Shown: positions 8,745 through 18,800, numbered from the stretch's first letter. The stretch: 64,000 nucleotides of DNA from Fibrobacteria bacterium (GCA_037447435.1 JBBIGR010000004.1:32001-96000); one strand, 5' to 3'. Made by a program: numbers and translations. The notes: generated by a model from the letters alone, not told the origin.

Positions 8745-10424
8745 TTATTGCATTTGGTTTTTCCCGACCGCCAGGCGCCGTACGATCGCGGAACCTTTAC
8801 AAACAATGAACACACCCTGCGGTAAATTCAACCGTTTTACATCGGCAAGGTCCGAAATCGTTCCCATATATTTTCCATTTAACGAAAATATTCTTTTCAT
8901 GCTCTTATCGACGGCTGGGGTTGCGGTTCCGCGGGCCGGATGCGAAACATCGAGCGCGGTGCAATTCTGCGCATTGGTTATCGCGACCGGAATAGACGCA
9001 TTTATCAATTCCTGGTTCTGGTCGCTTGTGGCTTTCAACGTTATTTTGTTCAAGTTGTTGCACACGTTATCCATTGTCACGGATTTCGACAAAACCATAC
9101 CCAGCGGATCGGCAACGACCGTCGTATCGAATACGCCGACCTTCTGGCTTCCGTCGAATCCCAGGGAAAGTTTCACCTGTTTTCCGGGCCTGGTGAAAAA
9201 CAGTTGTGCGGTAATCGATATTTTCGAATCGCTGGAAGCGTTGTAACTTGACTTGTCGGATTTAAAATTGCATACGACATTCTCGTTTGCATGCGTTACG
9301 TTCTGCAATTTGACGGTGGGCACGAAATATTCCTTCCATGTTTTGGTCTGGTTCGCGCCGATATTGTCGGGCGTAAAAAACATTTTCGAAACGCCGGCCC
9401 ATAATTCCAAATACGGCAGATTCGTACCGGAATTGCTGTTGACGCTTGCCGGATAGCTCCACGACCAAATTTTAAGTCCGACGGTTTTATCGTTATCGCA
9501 AACCCTGATTATCCCTTCCTCATTGTCATGGTTGATCACGCCCCAAAACGTATTCATGGGCGTTGTCGCATCGGGCCACGCGTAGGCAATTCCCATGTCG
9601 GCCCAATTTTTCCACATTCTCAATTTGTTGAAAACGAAAATATCGCCCGACACATTTTGCTCCTGCGCTCTGATCGCGCCCCACGCACTCGGGATATTAA
9701 CGTTTTTTACGGCAGAAATGACTTCGGCTCCGGCGGTCGTACGCGGATCCGTGCGGGAAGAACCCGGAGCAAGGGTTGTCATTGTCCAATATTCATAATT
9801 TTTCGATTGCGACGCCGGATTTGTGAGGGCGACATCGACATCTACGGAACTTTTACCGGTAATCAATGTGACGGAAAATGTGCATTCTATTCCGGTTGCG
9901 CCGTAATTGAATTTCCCCGGTCTGTTTCCGAAATTGATCGTGTCTTTTTGACTCGCCGATATGGTGACCGTGTCGGGGGTTTGTTTGACAAGTTGATATT
10001 TCCAGGGCCGTATCCAGAATTTCCCGTGTTCGGGCTCCGAAAAGGTAGGCATGATTCCGCCGTATACCATCAGCCAATCGTAGTAAAAACTTCCGCCGTT
10101 TATCCCATACGGCACACCGCACGGTGAATCATACAGTTCTTCATGATTGGTTGGTTTGTACAGCATGGAAACGATTCTGCAGCCGAAATCGGTTACAACG
10201 ATAATTTTAAGGTATTCATTTTCTATAACTTTGCAATTAAAGGTTTTGGCAACGCTCGTATTTGCTTGAGCCGAAATTAACCCGTAATCCGATCGTATTG
10301 AATAATTATTCGTATGCCAAGTGGTGGTCGAATCTTTAATAGTAACGGTTGAAAAACCGTTGAATATTAAAGCGGTTAAAATGAAACCAAAAAAGGCAGG
10401 TAACACCTTGAAATTGGCTTTCAT
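8745..10424 (-). CDS. Secreted DUF5107-family (galactose mutarotase-like) protein with basic CTD-like tail
   Basis: Signal peptide; 'IENEYLKIIVVTDFGCRIVSMLYKPTNHEELY...YGGIMPTFSEPEHG'; tail 'RIFSLNGKYMG...LPQGVFIVCK'; AAGGAG RBS. Confidence 0.7.
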   Translation of the reverse strand: MKANFKVLPAFFGFILTALIFNGFSTVTIKDSTTTWHTNNYSIRSDYGLISAQANTSVAKTFNCKVIENEYLKIIVVTDFGCRIVSMLYKPTNHEELYDSPCGVPYGINGGSFYYDWLMVYGGIMPTFSEPEHGKFWIRPWKYQLVKQTPDTVTISASQKDTINFGNRPGKFNYGATGIECTFSVTLITGKSSVDVDVALTNPASQSKNYEYWTMTTLAPGSSRTDPRTTAGAEVISAVKNVNIPSAWGAIRAQEQNVSGDIFVFNKLRMWKNWADMGIAYAWPDATTPMNTFWGVINHDNEEGIIRVCDNDKTVGLKIWSWSYPASVNSNSGTNLPYLELWAGVSKMFFTPDNIGANQTKTWKEYFVPTVKLQNVTHANENVVCNFKSDKSSYNASSDSKISITAQLFFTRPGKQVKLSLGFDGSQKVGVFDTTVVADPLGMVLSKSVTMDNVCNNLNKITLKATSDQNQELINASIPVAITNAQNCTALDVSHPARGTATPAVDKSMKRIFSLNGKYMGTISDLADVKRLNLPQGVFIVCKGSAIVRRLAVGKNQMQ

Positions 10425-10566
10425 ATACGCTCCTTAAGTGATAAAAATATATATCGAGCAAAAACGACATTTTACCCAATTTTAAGAAATATACTAAATT
10501 GCTACAAAGCCCCAACAATATAATGATAACAAAATCATAACCGAAAGTTAATAAAATTTTATGCCC

Positions 10567-10607
10567 CCCGGTTTTTTCGTATCCGCGAAGGATACGAAAA
10601 AACCGGG
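10567..10607. repeat. Perfect 18 bp inverted repeat in a divergent intergenic region
   Basis: CCCGGTTTTTTCGTATCC-GCGAA-GGATACGAAAAAACCGGG. Confidence 0.8.
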
Positions 10608-10774
10608 CTATATTCATAAGAAAATCATACTTTTTTTTTAAATGCTTATATTATTCAAGGTGAACCAGTTATAGCGATGCTCAGTATGGTTTAAATACTA
10701 TGGTTACTTAAGCGATAAAGTCGTTAATAATTCGAATTGTGTGTTTTTTTTGAAAAATAGAAAAAGGGGGTCAA

Positions 10775-13063
10775 ATGAAAACGATTCGGCTTTTTTTGGT
10801 AGGACTTACGGCCTTATGTGCCACTACCATTGTTTCTGCTCAAAGTGGTGACTTTACAACAAAAGGTAGGGTTTTAGTAGCTGGACAACCGCTCGGAATG
10901 GCCACGTTGACCTACTTAAACGTCAATAAGCGTTTGTCGTGGGATTTTTCCAAAGCCGATGGAACCTTTGGTGGCGCTTCGGTTTCCACAGCAAACCCAA
11001 TGCAGCAAAACGCAAAGATTTCATTGCCTGCAGATGGACTTGTCACTATTGACATATTTGAAATAAGCGGAAAGTTTGTAGGCACCGTGAGCGGCAAACT
11101 TGACAAAGGTACATACCTCTTACAGCCGCTCACCGCGAAACTTGCTCAGTCCATGTATACGTTAAAAATCAAGGCCGGGAACACGGTGTCTTATCAAAAA
11201 TTGTTGAATACCGGGTTCAAGAACCAGGGGTACACGATTTCTCTTGCCTCTTCAACCGAACCGCTTGTTCTGGCAAAAAAGCTAGCGGCAATTGATTCTG
11301 TCAGAATTGGGAAAACAGGCTATACTCCGGTAGTGAAACCGATTACTTCATATACCGACGATATCGGGGATGTAACCTTGACTCCCATAGACATTGAGGG
11401 GCAGGTCAATGCGGTTTTCGGTCAAATGAGCACTGCTGAAAAATGCGGTCAGATGTGCATGCCGCCATCCCTAAATGGCGTTACGAGCGGTCCTGTCGGA
11501 AATGTTTTCGGCGGTGGAGGTGCATTGTCCGGATTGAACGCTTCATCGTGTGCGGGAAACATCGATAATGCCCAAAGACAAATGGCCGGTACCCCACGAA
11601 AAATACCACTCTTGGTTGCCTACGATTTCGTCCATGGCGCCAGTGCGTTGCCCGGGGCGGTCATTTTTCCGCATAACATGGGTATGGGCGCAATCCAGGA
11701 TACTTTGCTTATACAAAAGGCATTCCGCGTTACTGCATTAGAAGTCCGCGGTTGCGGGTGCAATTGGGGATTCGGCCCTTGCATTGCCGTTATTCGAGAC
11801 GATCGTTGGGGACGCTCCTATGAAGGCTTCTGCGAAACACCTGAACGTACCCAGATTATGGCCAGACACGCTGTTCTCGGAATCCAAACCAGTGATTTGT
11901 CGCTGCCATCTTCATATGCTGCATGTGCAAAACATTTCGCAGGCGATGGCGGAACCGCAAACGGCACGGATCGAGGACAAACGACAGGTACTGATGCTGC
12001 TGCGCGCGCAATTCATCTGCCCGGATATACTTCGGCAGTTGCAGCAGGTGTGGCAACGATTATGCCTTCCTTTTCAAGCTGGGTAGACGGCACTCCGATG
12101 CATTTGAATAGCACGCTTATGACGGGATGGCTAAAAGGCACGACAGGTTTCAATGGTTTTCTGGTCGGAGATTATGATGCTGCTCCAATACCGAGCGGTC
12201 TCGATGCTGGTGTTGATGTGGCCATGAATTCCGCCGGCTCATTGCTTAATACGTTAACAGGTCTTTACTCTGCACACCAGGCGAGATTCGATGACGCATG
12301 CAAACGCGTCCTTCGCGTAAAAGCAGAGATGGGCATGCTTGATCCGAATAAATCCTATTTGTCAGATTCCAGGCTTACGCAACTTGTCGGGTGCGCAGCA
12401 CATAGAGACGTAGCTAGAGCTTGCGTACGGGCTTCCATGGTTCTTCTCAAGAACGCCGGCAATGTTGTTCCGATTCCCAAGACCTCTTCCGTTGCGATAT
12501 GGGGTACAGCAGGAGATGACGTTGGTTTGGAGTGCGGCGGTTGGACAGTGAGCTGGCAAGGGTCCGCAGGCACGCCGACATCTGGGGGTACTACGATCAA
12601 GGCGGGAATGCAGGCTTTGGGCGGCAATGTTTCATTTACTGCTAACCCCAGCGGAGCTGGCAATTCCGACTATGTCGTTGCTGTCTGGAGCGAAGAACCA
12701 TATGCTGAAACAACTCTACCCAGCATCTCTCTTACCGGCAGCGGCAAAGCAAGCGGCTCAAACGCTGCGGTAACCGCAGCGGTAGCTGCGGCTCATTCCG
12801 CTGGAAAAAAGGTTATCGGCATTCTGATTGCCGGACGTCCAATGGACATTACTTCGGTTATCGCCAACTGTGATGCATTCATTTGGGCAAGCCTCCCCGG
12901 TACGGAAGGAAAAGGCGTAGGAGAGTTGCTGTATGCAGACCAAGGGTACAAATTTACGGGCAAGTTGCCTGTGACATGGCCCAACAGCGTCAATGACGAA
13001 CCCATCAACCAAGGCGATGGAAAAACAGGTCTGTTTCCCTATGGCTTCGGCTTGACCGATTAA
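10775..13063 (+). CDS. Secreted GH3 beta-glucosidase/exo-beta-glucanase with N-terminal accessory region
   Basis: 'IPLLVAYDFVHG', 'IFPHNMGMGA', 'RDDRWGRSYEGF', 'CAKHFAGDGGT', nucleophile region 'GFLVGDY', 'SMVLLKN', 'CGGWTVSWQG', 'EEPYAET', 'LPGTEG', 'GKLPVTWP'. Confidence 0.92.
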   Translation: MKTIRLFLVGLTALCATTIVSAQSGDFTTKGRVLVAGQPLGMATLTYLNVNKRLSWDFSKADGTFGGASVSTANPMQQNAKISLPADGLVTIDIFEISGKFVGTVSGKLDKGTYLLQPLTAKLAQSMYTLKIKAGNTVSYQKLLNTGFKNQGYTISLASSTEPLVLAKKLAAIDSVRIGKTGYTPVVKPITSYTDDIGDVTLTPIDIEGQVNAVFGQMSTAEKCGQMCMPPSLNGVTSGPVGNVFGGGGALSGLNASSCAGNIDNAQRQMAGTPRKIPLLVAYDFVHGASALPGAVIFPHNMGMGAIQDTLLIQKAFRVTALEVRGCGCNWGFGPCIAVIRDDRWGRSYEGFCETPERTQIMARHAVLGIQTSDLSLPSSYAACAKHFAGDGGTANGTDRGQTTGTDAAARAIHLPGYTSAVAAGVATIMPSFSSWVDGTPMHLNSTLMTGWLKGTTGFNGFLVGDYDAAPIPSGLDAGVDVAMNSAGSLLNTLTGLYSAHQARFDDACKRVLRVKAEMGMLDPNKSYLSDSRLTQLVGCAAHRDVARACVRASMVLLKNAGNVVPIPKTSSVAIWGTAGDDVGLECGGWTVSWQGSAGTPTSGGTTIKAGMQALGGNVSFTANPSGAGNSDYVVAVWSEEPYAETTLPSISLTGSGKASGSNAAVTAAVAAAHSAGKKVIGILIAGRPMDITSVIANCDAFIWASLPGTEGKGVGELLYADQGYKFTGKLPVTWPNSVNDEPINQGDGKTGLFPYGFGLTD

Positions 13064-13088
13064 TTGTATACTCTTTTATTTTTATTGT

Positions 13089-13121
13089 AAAGCAGCCTTA
13101 TTTTTTAAGGCTGCTTTTTTT
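13089..13121 (+). terminator. Rho-independent terminator after the GH3 gene
   Basis: AAAGCAGCCTTA-TTTTT-TAAGGCTGCTTT followed by a T run, 25 bp after the stop. Confidence 0.85.
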
Positions 13122-13282
13122 ATACAAAGTAAATTATTAAAAGATTACTTTATAAGAATCAGCATTTATTACTTAAACAGTAATGCTTTTCATGCCGAAT
13201 CATTATGCGCGATTCTCATAGGGAGTTTAACCGCATAATATATTTTATTAATAGATCGAATACTATTAAAGTGAGGGATATC

Positions 13283-13846
13283 TTGAAGTTATTAATAAAA
13301 TATCTTATTGCTTTTCGATATTATTTTTACAATAATTTCATTTCGCATGTCCCTGTTTATTCCATCCGCCATCTCTACCTTCGGGCGATATTACATATTC
13401 AAATCGGCAAAAACTCCTGCGTTCACATGGGCTGTTTTATCACCGGCCGCAACATCCGTATCGGCAACAACTCGGTTATCAACCGGAACTGTTTTCTCGA
13501 CGGCCGCATCGGTATCGATATCGGTAATAATGTGAGCATTTCTCCCCATACGTTTCTCGTATCGCTTGGTCATGACGCCCAATCGCCGCAATTTACAACA
13601 AAAGGCGGTCCGGTCGCCATAGCCGATTATGTCTGGATCGGGATTCGGGCAACGATATTACCTAATGTTAATTTAGGCAAAGGATGCGTCGTCGGTGCGG
13701 GATCGACGGTCACTAAAAGTTTCGAAGATTTTTCCATCGTTGCCGGAAACCCTGCAAAAATCATCGGCAAACGAACAACCGATTTACAATACGAACCGAC
13801 GTATTTTCCCTTATTCAATTCCGACATTCTTTCAAAAGACTCATGA
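13283..13846 (+). CDS. Hexapeptide-repeat (LbH) sugar O-acetyltransferase, WcaF/MAT-like
   Basis: 'IQIGKNS...IRIGNNSVIN...IGNNVSIS...DYVWIGIRATILPNVNLGKGCVVGAGSTVTK...VAGNPAK'. TTG start at 13283 after GAGGG; exact start uncertain. Confidence 0.88.
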   Translation: MKLLIKYLIAFRYYFYNNFISHVPVYSIRHLYLRAILHIQIGKNSCVHMGCFITGRNIRIGNNSVINRNCFLDGRIGIDIGNNVSISPHTFLVSLGHDAQSPQFTTKGGPVAIADYVWIGIRATILPNVNLGKGCVVGAGSTVTKSFEDFSIVAGNPAKIIGKRTTDLQYEPTYFPLFNSDILSKDS

Positions 13847-15027
13847 ATATTCTTTTTATCTCTTCTTACTATTTGTTCGACAAAACGCGTTTCGGCGGTT
13901 CCAAACGATTGTATCTGCTCGCCAAGGAATTGCAAAAACACGCAAACGTCACGGTCGTTGCAATCGACGGATGCGAAGAGTTGCAGGCACCTCCTGTTTC
14001 GAACCGCGTACATCCCGATTTTAAACGGTTCCTTTTTGTCCCCTGGCTCGACAATAGATCGCTTATACATAAATTTTTCTCTTCGGGCATAATCATAGAA
14101 AAAGAGCTCTTGTCGCTGCATGGTTCCATTTCAGGATTTCTTGCGGAAGAATCGTACGACGCCGCGGTTCTGGCATACCCGCTCGCACTTTCCTTTATCA
14201 ACACTTTCATAAAGCCGGGAAAATTCCCTATCGTTTATATGGAAGACGATCTCTTCCTCGAAAAGGTGCAATTCGAAAGGAAATTTTCTTTTCTTGCTCC
14301 CGTATACCGTTTTTTCAGATATCGCCAATTACATGCGTACTATCAAAAGAAAACCGGGTGTTGCGATACGCTACTTGCGATTTCGAATCAGGAAAAAGCG
14401 ATTTTAAAAAAGCATTTTCCCGCATCAACTATCAATGTGCTCGGCTATGGAATTCCTCTCAAAGAATATCCGTTCATTTCGTCTTTTCCGCAGCGATTTT
14501 GCATCGGATTCATCGGAAATTACAATCATACTCCCAATATCGAGGCTTTACGCTGGTTTTTGCAGTCGGTTTATCCGACATTGCATGCGGCAATTCCTTC
14601 ACTGTCGTTTCTGGTGTCGGGCCGCGGCATCCCATCGGACATACGGCACGACTACGCGCACGACACGTCCGTTCAGTGGCTCGGCGACATCGACGATCTT
14701 GCGGATTTTTATTCTAAAATTTCCGTTTTCGTCAACCCGATCATTTCCGGTCGCGGCATGAGAACAAAATTGATCGAATGCGCCGCATTCGGCCGCCCGA
14801 TCATTTCAACCCGTTTGGGATGCGAAGGTTTCGAGGAATTCAAAGTCGAGCCGGCCGAAAACGCGGAGGAGTTTACCGCACAGTGCAAAAAACTTATGTC
14901 GGACATTTCTATATTGCAGACAACGGCGCAAACCAATCGGACAATTATTGACGAGCGCTATGCAATTGAGAAAGTCGGTCTTAAACTGCTTTCGGAATTA
15001 CAACCAATCAATCGGACAAACCCATGA
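13843..15027 (+). CDS. Glycosyltransferase family 4
   Basis: 'MNILFIS...GG', 'FIGNYNHTPNIEALRWF', 'VFVNPIISGRGMRTKLIECAAFGRPIIST'. Confidence 0.88.
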   Translation: MNILFISSYYLFDKTRFGGSKRLYLLAKELQKHANVTVVAIDGCEELQAPPVSNRVHPDFKRFLFVPWLDNRSLIHKFFSSGIIIEKELLSLHGSISGFLAEESYDAAVLAYPLALSFINTFIKPGKFPIVYMEDDLFLEKVQFERKFSFLAPVYRFFRYRQLHAYYQKKTGCCDTLLAISNQEKAILKKHFPASTINVLGYGIPLKEYPFISSFPQRFCIGFIGNYNHTPNIEALRWFLQSVYPTLHAAIPSLSFLVSGRGIPSDIRHDYAHDTSVQWLGDIDDLADFYSKISVFVNPIISGRGMRTKLIECAAFGRPIISTRLGCEGFEEFKVEPAENAEEFTAQCKKLMSDISILQTTAQTNRTIIDERYAIEKVGLKLLSELQPINRTNP

Positions 15028-15992
15028 ACAATCCCCTCGTTTCACTCATTGTCCTTAATTGGAACGGCGAAGCCATTATCCGGGAATGCATCGACTCATT
15101 GAAAAATTTGAACTACAAAAACATTGAAATCATCGTTGTCGACAACGCATCAACCGATGCGTCTCTGGAGCTGCTCGCCTCGATACAAAACATTATCGTC
15201 ATCAAAAACGCAACCAATGCTGGATATGCGGGAGGAAACAACAGAGGCTTTACAGTTGCGAACGGGGATTTTGTCGCAACGATCAATAACGATATCATCG
15301 TGGAACCATCCTGGCTGGACACGATCGTGCCCTTATTGAAAAAAGATCCTACGATCGGGATCGTCGGCGGCAGGCAGATGAATTATTTCGACAGGACCAA
15401 AATCGACGCGTTATATTCATTTCTGCATCACAGCATGATTTTTTTCCAGGAAGCGTTTCGCGAAACGTACAATCCCGACCGATTCGGGGAAAAGCCGCTC
15501 AGGGTTTTGTCCGTAAGCGGTGCGGCAACGGTGTACCGAAAGACACTTTTAGACGAAATGAAAGGGTTCGACGAATCCTTGTATGCGTATCATGAAGAAT
15601 CCGATTTGTGTATGAGAGCGTTTTTGAAGGGGTGGAAATGCATATTCGTCCCCACGGCGGTTGCCTATCATCGCCGCAGCGTCAGTTTCAACCGGATTAA
15701 GCCGACGATGATTTACTATCAAACCCGAAACAGGATCTGGTTTATTTACAAATATTCATCGGCCGGTTCGATTATCAGGAACTGGTTTTGGTTGATCGTC
15801 ACCGAACTCCGGATCCTGCGGGTATTCACGTTCCGCGATCGAGCATTTTTTCCATACGTCAAAGGACTTACCGACGGTTTTTCAGCGTTGGGAAGATTCA
15901 AAGGCGTTCGAAAGGAAAACATGGAAAACCTGTTGCGGAAAAAAGCGGAGTACGATGTTTTGGTACAACGACGTTTTTTGCCGTTCCAATGA
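15024..15992 (+). CDS. Glycosyltransferase family 2
   Basis: 'VSLIVLNWNG', 'IIVVDNASTD', 'NAGYAGGNNRG', 'INNDI', 'GFDESLYAYHEESDLCMRA'. Confidence 0.92.
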   Translation: MNNPLVSLIVLNWNGEAIIRECIDSLKNLNYKNIEIIVVDNASTDASLELLASIQNIIVIKNATNAGYAGGNNRGFTVANGDFVATINNDIIVEPSWLDTIVPLLKKDPTIGIVGGRQMNYFDRTKIDALYSFLHHSMIFFQEAFRETYNPDRFGEKPLRVLSVSGAATVYRKTLLDEMKGFDESLYAYHEESDLCMRAFLKGWKCIFVPTAVAYHRRSVSFNRIKPTMIYYQTRNRIWFIYKYSSAGSIIRNWFWLIVTELRILRVFTFRDRAFFPYVKGLTDGFSALGRFKGVRKENMENLLRKKAEYDVLVQRRFLPFQ

Positions 15993-16005
15993 TTTATCCC
16001 GATTA

Positions 16006-17100
16006 TTATCCTTCTAAATTTGTCAACACGGGAAGTATTTGAGAAGCGGTTTTTCTCCAGGAAAACCTTTTCAATAGTTCGCCATACCGTACGACCTTCG
16101 CCCGGCTTTCGCTATCTGCGGTATAAAACGCCAGCAGTTTATCGGCAATGTCCTGCGGATCCGACGGATTAAAAAAAATTGCCGCGTCCGAAGCAAATTC
16201 CTCCATCGAGGTCCCTTTCGAGGTAAAAACAGGTGCCGCCGCCGTCATGGCTTCCAATATGGGCAATCCGAATCCTTCATATATGGAGGGATAGACAAAA
16301 GCCTTACAGGTTTTAAACTCTTGGAATAATCGCTCGTGGTCGAGAAAGCCGACAAAGGTCACTTGGGACGACAGATCATTATCATTAATAAATTTGTACA
16401 TCGCATTATTCTTCCACCCGCTCGGCCCGACGATACGCAGCGGGATCGATTGCGACCGTGCTTTTTTGCATATCAATAACGCTTGTAAAAGCGCCATCAG
16501 GTTTTTTCTCGGCTCAAAACTGCCGACAAACAGCAAATTGTCGTTTCGAACGCTTTTTTCACTGTCGGAAACAATCCAGTCCGGCTTCCCTAAATAGGTA
16601 ACGATTATATTCTCCGGCACAATAGATTTGGGATAAAATTCACAGATTTCCTTTTTAATGCAATGCGATACGGTCAAGACTTTTGCCGATTTTCGGATAC
16701 TTGCCTTAAGAAACAGCACGTTTATCCAGTAATTGGATGTTTGCATTGTGTGCGGACATCGTTTCACGGCAACGTCGTGTATCGTTGAAATCATTTTTAC
16801 TTTTGCGGGATTTATTAGACAGGCGGTTATTTGTTCGGGCCCCCAAAAAACGTCAAGACCGTATTTTGAAAAATAAAAAGGCAGTTTGCATAAAAGCCAG
16901 ACGGTTCCCGGTAACTTCGAACCAACGACGATTTTTTTCCATCGTTTATTGACAATTTTGTACGATGAAGGATTTTTCTCGAACAAATAATAGTTATTGT
17001 CAACATCTATCTCTTGCAAAGCGTCCAAAATCCGGGCTATATAGGTTGCGATGCCGCCTTGGCCTGCATACAATGCTTTTATGTCTATGCCGATATTCAT
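16006..17100 (-). CDS. Glycosyltransferase family 4 (MtfB-like)
   Basis: 'MNIGIDIK...GGIATY', 'TIHD', 'FVGSFEPRKN', 'YPSIYEGFGLPILEAM'. Confidence 0.92.
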   Translation of the reverse strand: MNIGIDIKALYAGQGGIATYIARILDALQEIDVDNNYYLFEKNPSSYKIVNKRWKKIVVGSKLPGTVWLLCKLPFYFSKYGLDVFWGPEQITACLINPAKVKMISTIHDVAVKRCPHTMQTSNYWINVLFLKASIRKSAKVLTVSHCIKKEICEFYPKSIVPENIIVTYLGKPDWIVSDSEKSVRNDNLLFVGSFEPRKNLMALLQALLICKKARSQSIPLRIVGPSGWKNNAMYKFINDNDLSSQVTFVGFLDHERLFQEFKTCKAFVYPSIYEGFGLPILEAMTAAAPVFTSKGTSMEEFASDAAIFFNPSDPQDIADKLLAFYTADSESRAKVVRYGELLKRFSWRKTASQILPVLTNLEG

Positions 17101-17168
17101 GAATGTATAAATACTTCAAGGAAATAATCGGTGTCTATGCAAAACCTATCCGAGCGCAAGAGGAAACA

Positions 17169-17214
17169 ACGGCTCGTATCCCCTCTCCGCCGACGGAGAG
17201 GGGATACGAGCCGT
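17169..17214. repeat. Perfect 21 bp stem-loop just downstream of the PorV-like gene (terminator or REP-like)
   Basis: ACGGCTCGTATCCCCTCTCCG-CCGA-CGGAGAGGGGATACGAGCCGT; only a weak U tract on the minus strand. Confidence 0.75.
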
Positions 17215-17228
17215 GAGGCGACAATTAC

Positions 17229-18800
17229 TTAGAACCCGATTCTGAACGAAACATTGGCAACAGGGAAAAGTTCGAGCGTATTGTACTCATAAGATCCGTC
17301 CAGGATAAAATATTTTCCCACGACCGATTCCGTATTGAATTTTGTTCCAAATCCGCCGGTAATAAGCCAGGGCGTATCAAAGGAAGCTTCTTTTCTAAGC
17401 CCTATCCGTGCCCTGAAAACCTGGAAAAACTCCTGCTCGATTGCGCCGCCGAATTTCCATTGTTGGTCGGCATTGAGAGGAATATCACCTTCACATATTA
17501 GAAACGTGGAATACCCGACTTTATAGGTTCCGCCAGCTTTAAAGGTGGTCGGATCGGTTTGAATGTCCTGCTGCGCGCCGTCGTCTTTGCTCACCTTGCG
17601 GTAAGTCGGGCAATCTTTCAATACGAGTCCGAAACGGATGTTTTCGGAAAACTCCGTCATTAAACCAATGTCAAGTCCCGCACCGACGGTTTTTTGATTC
17701 ACGGTGCCCATGTCGCTTTTCGGCGTATTGATGTTCAATATTTTTACCGCGGCACCAATGGAAATCGGCTTTAAAAACGGCAGCAACTGTTGGAATTTAT
17801 ACGCATATGCAGAAATGAAATACAATTCATTTTGCAATTTCGTATAATCGCTGTTGTAATAAATCGCCTGACCGAATCCGATTTCCCGCGTTGCTTTTGC
17901 CGCATAGGAAACCGCAAAATTGTTGATAAGATCATAACGATACTGATATCCCACCGCAACATCGAGATTATTTACCCAGGCCATTCCCGCGGGATTATAC
18001 ATCACTCCGTACGCGTCGTCCGAAGCGGCAACATAATTGTCCGCCAGAGCAGCAGGGCGACCGAACAAAGGAATCTGCAAGGAACTCGCCGACTTTCCGT
18101 AAAAGGTTTCGTTATCGTACGTATGGTCATTATGAAAATCCTTTAATTCGCCGTTGGCCGCAGCCCAGAGCGCACTGACAACGACAAACGCGGCAGACGA
18201 ATACAGTAATTGCTTTTTGTTGTTGAATTGCGGACCAAAATAGGTATGCGTTTTGATCGGTTCTTTGCCGTCGGATAATCCATGGACCTTATAGACGGCA
18301 ACTTTGACCAAATCATTCGCCGTCGCCGCGCCGTCGGATTCCAGTGTTACATGCTGCGAAACCTGCGTCGATTGGACATCGAGCAACGATAATGTGATCC
18401 CATATTTATCATTGTTTTTATCCAAGGTACCGTATAGCATCCTGTCAAGTCCCAATGCCGAGCCGATTGCCGCGACGCATCGGGGGTCCTTGCAATGACG
18501 CGGGAAACTTTGCTTGATCCCGGCAAAAGCTTTCTCCAAATCGGCTTGACTGTATACTTTGTAAAAGCCCATTCCGTTTAAAACAGCCGCTATTTGTTCC
18601 TGGGTCCCCGCCGACGTATTGGCATCGACGCCGATCGTTTCCAAATTCAAAACACCGATACGGATTTTAGATTGTCCTTCCCCGGCGTCTGTCTCACACA
18701 GTCCCAGGCAATACATGACAGCCATTAAAATCATGCATTTTGTTACGATTGATTTCACAGCTTCCTCCGTGTTAATTTTCTTTCGCATTAATGACGACAA
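17229..18800 (-). CDS. PorV/UPF0164-like outer-membrane barrel with an N-terminal CsgG/TolB_N-like domain
   Basis: 'LFGRPAALADNYVAASDDAYGVMYNPAGMAW' PorV-like motif, amphipathic strands, C-terminal Phe; N-domain 'IGVLNL...CKDPRCVAAIGSALGLDRMLYGTL'. Start uncertain. Confidence 0.7.
   Translation of the reverse strand: MSSLMRKKINTEEAVKSIVTKCMILMAVMYCLGLCETDAGEGQSKIRIGVLNLETIGVDANTSAGTQEQIAAVLNGMGFYKVYSQADLEKAFAGIKQSFPRHCKDPRCVAAIGSALGLDRMLYGTLDKNNDKYGITLSLLDVQSTQVSQHVTLESDGAATANDLVKVAVYKVHGLSDGKEPIKTHTYFGPQFNNKKQLLYSSAAFVVVSALWAAANGELKDFHNDHTYDNETFYGKSASSLQIPLFGRPAALADNYVAASDDAYGVMYNPAGMAWVNNLDVAVGYQYRYDLINNFAVSYAAKATREIGFGQAIYYNSDYTKLQNELYFISAYAYKFQQLLPFLKPISIGAAVKILNINTPKSDMGTVNQKTVGAGLDIGLMTEFSENIRFGLVLKDCPTYRKVSKDDGAQQDIQTDPTTFKAGGTYKVGYSTFLICEGDIPLNADQQWKFGGAIEQEFFQVFRARIGLRKEASFDTPWLITGGFGTKFNTESVVGKYFILDGSYEYNTLELFPVANVSFRIGF

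Noticed and set aside
8701..9246. 181 aa plus-strand ORF beginning in the palindrome
   Set aside because: Antisense to the DUF5107 gene with no recognisable motif.
13283..17100. Glycosyltransferase cluster as a novel system
   Set aside because: Ordinary acetyltransferase/GT4/GT2 surface-polysaccharide genes with canonical motifs.
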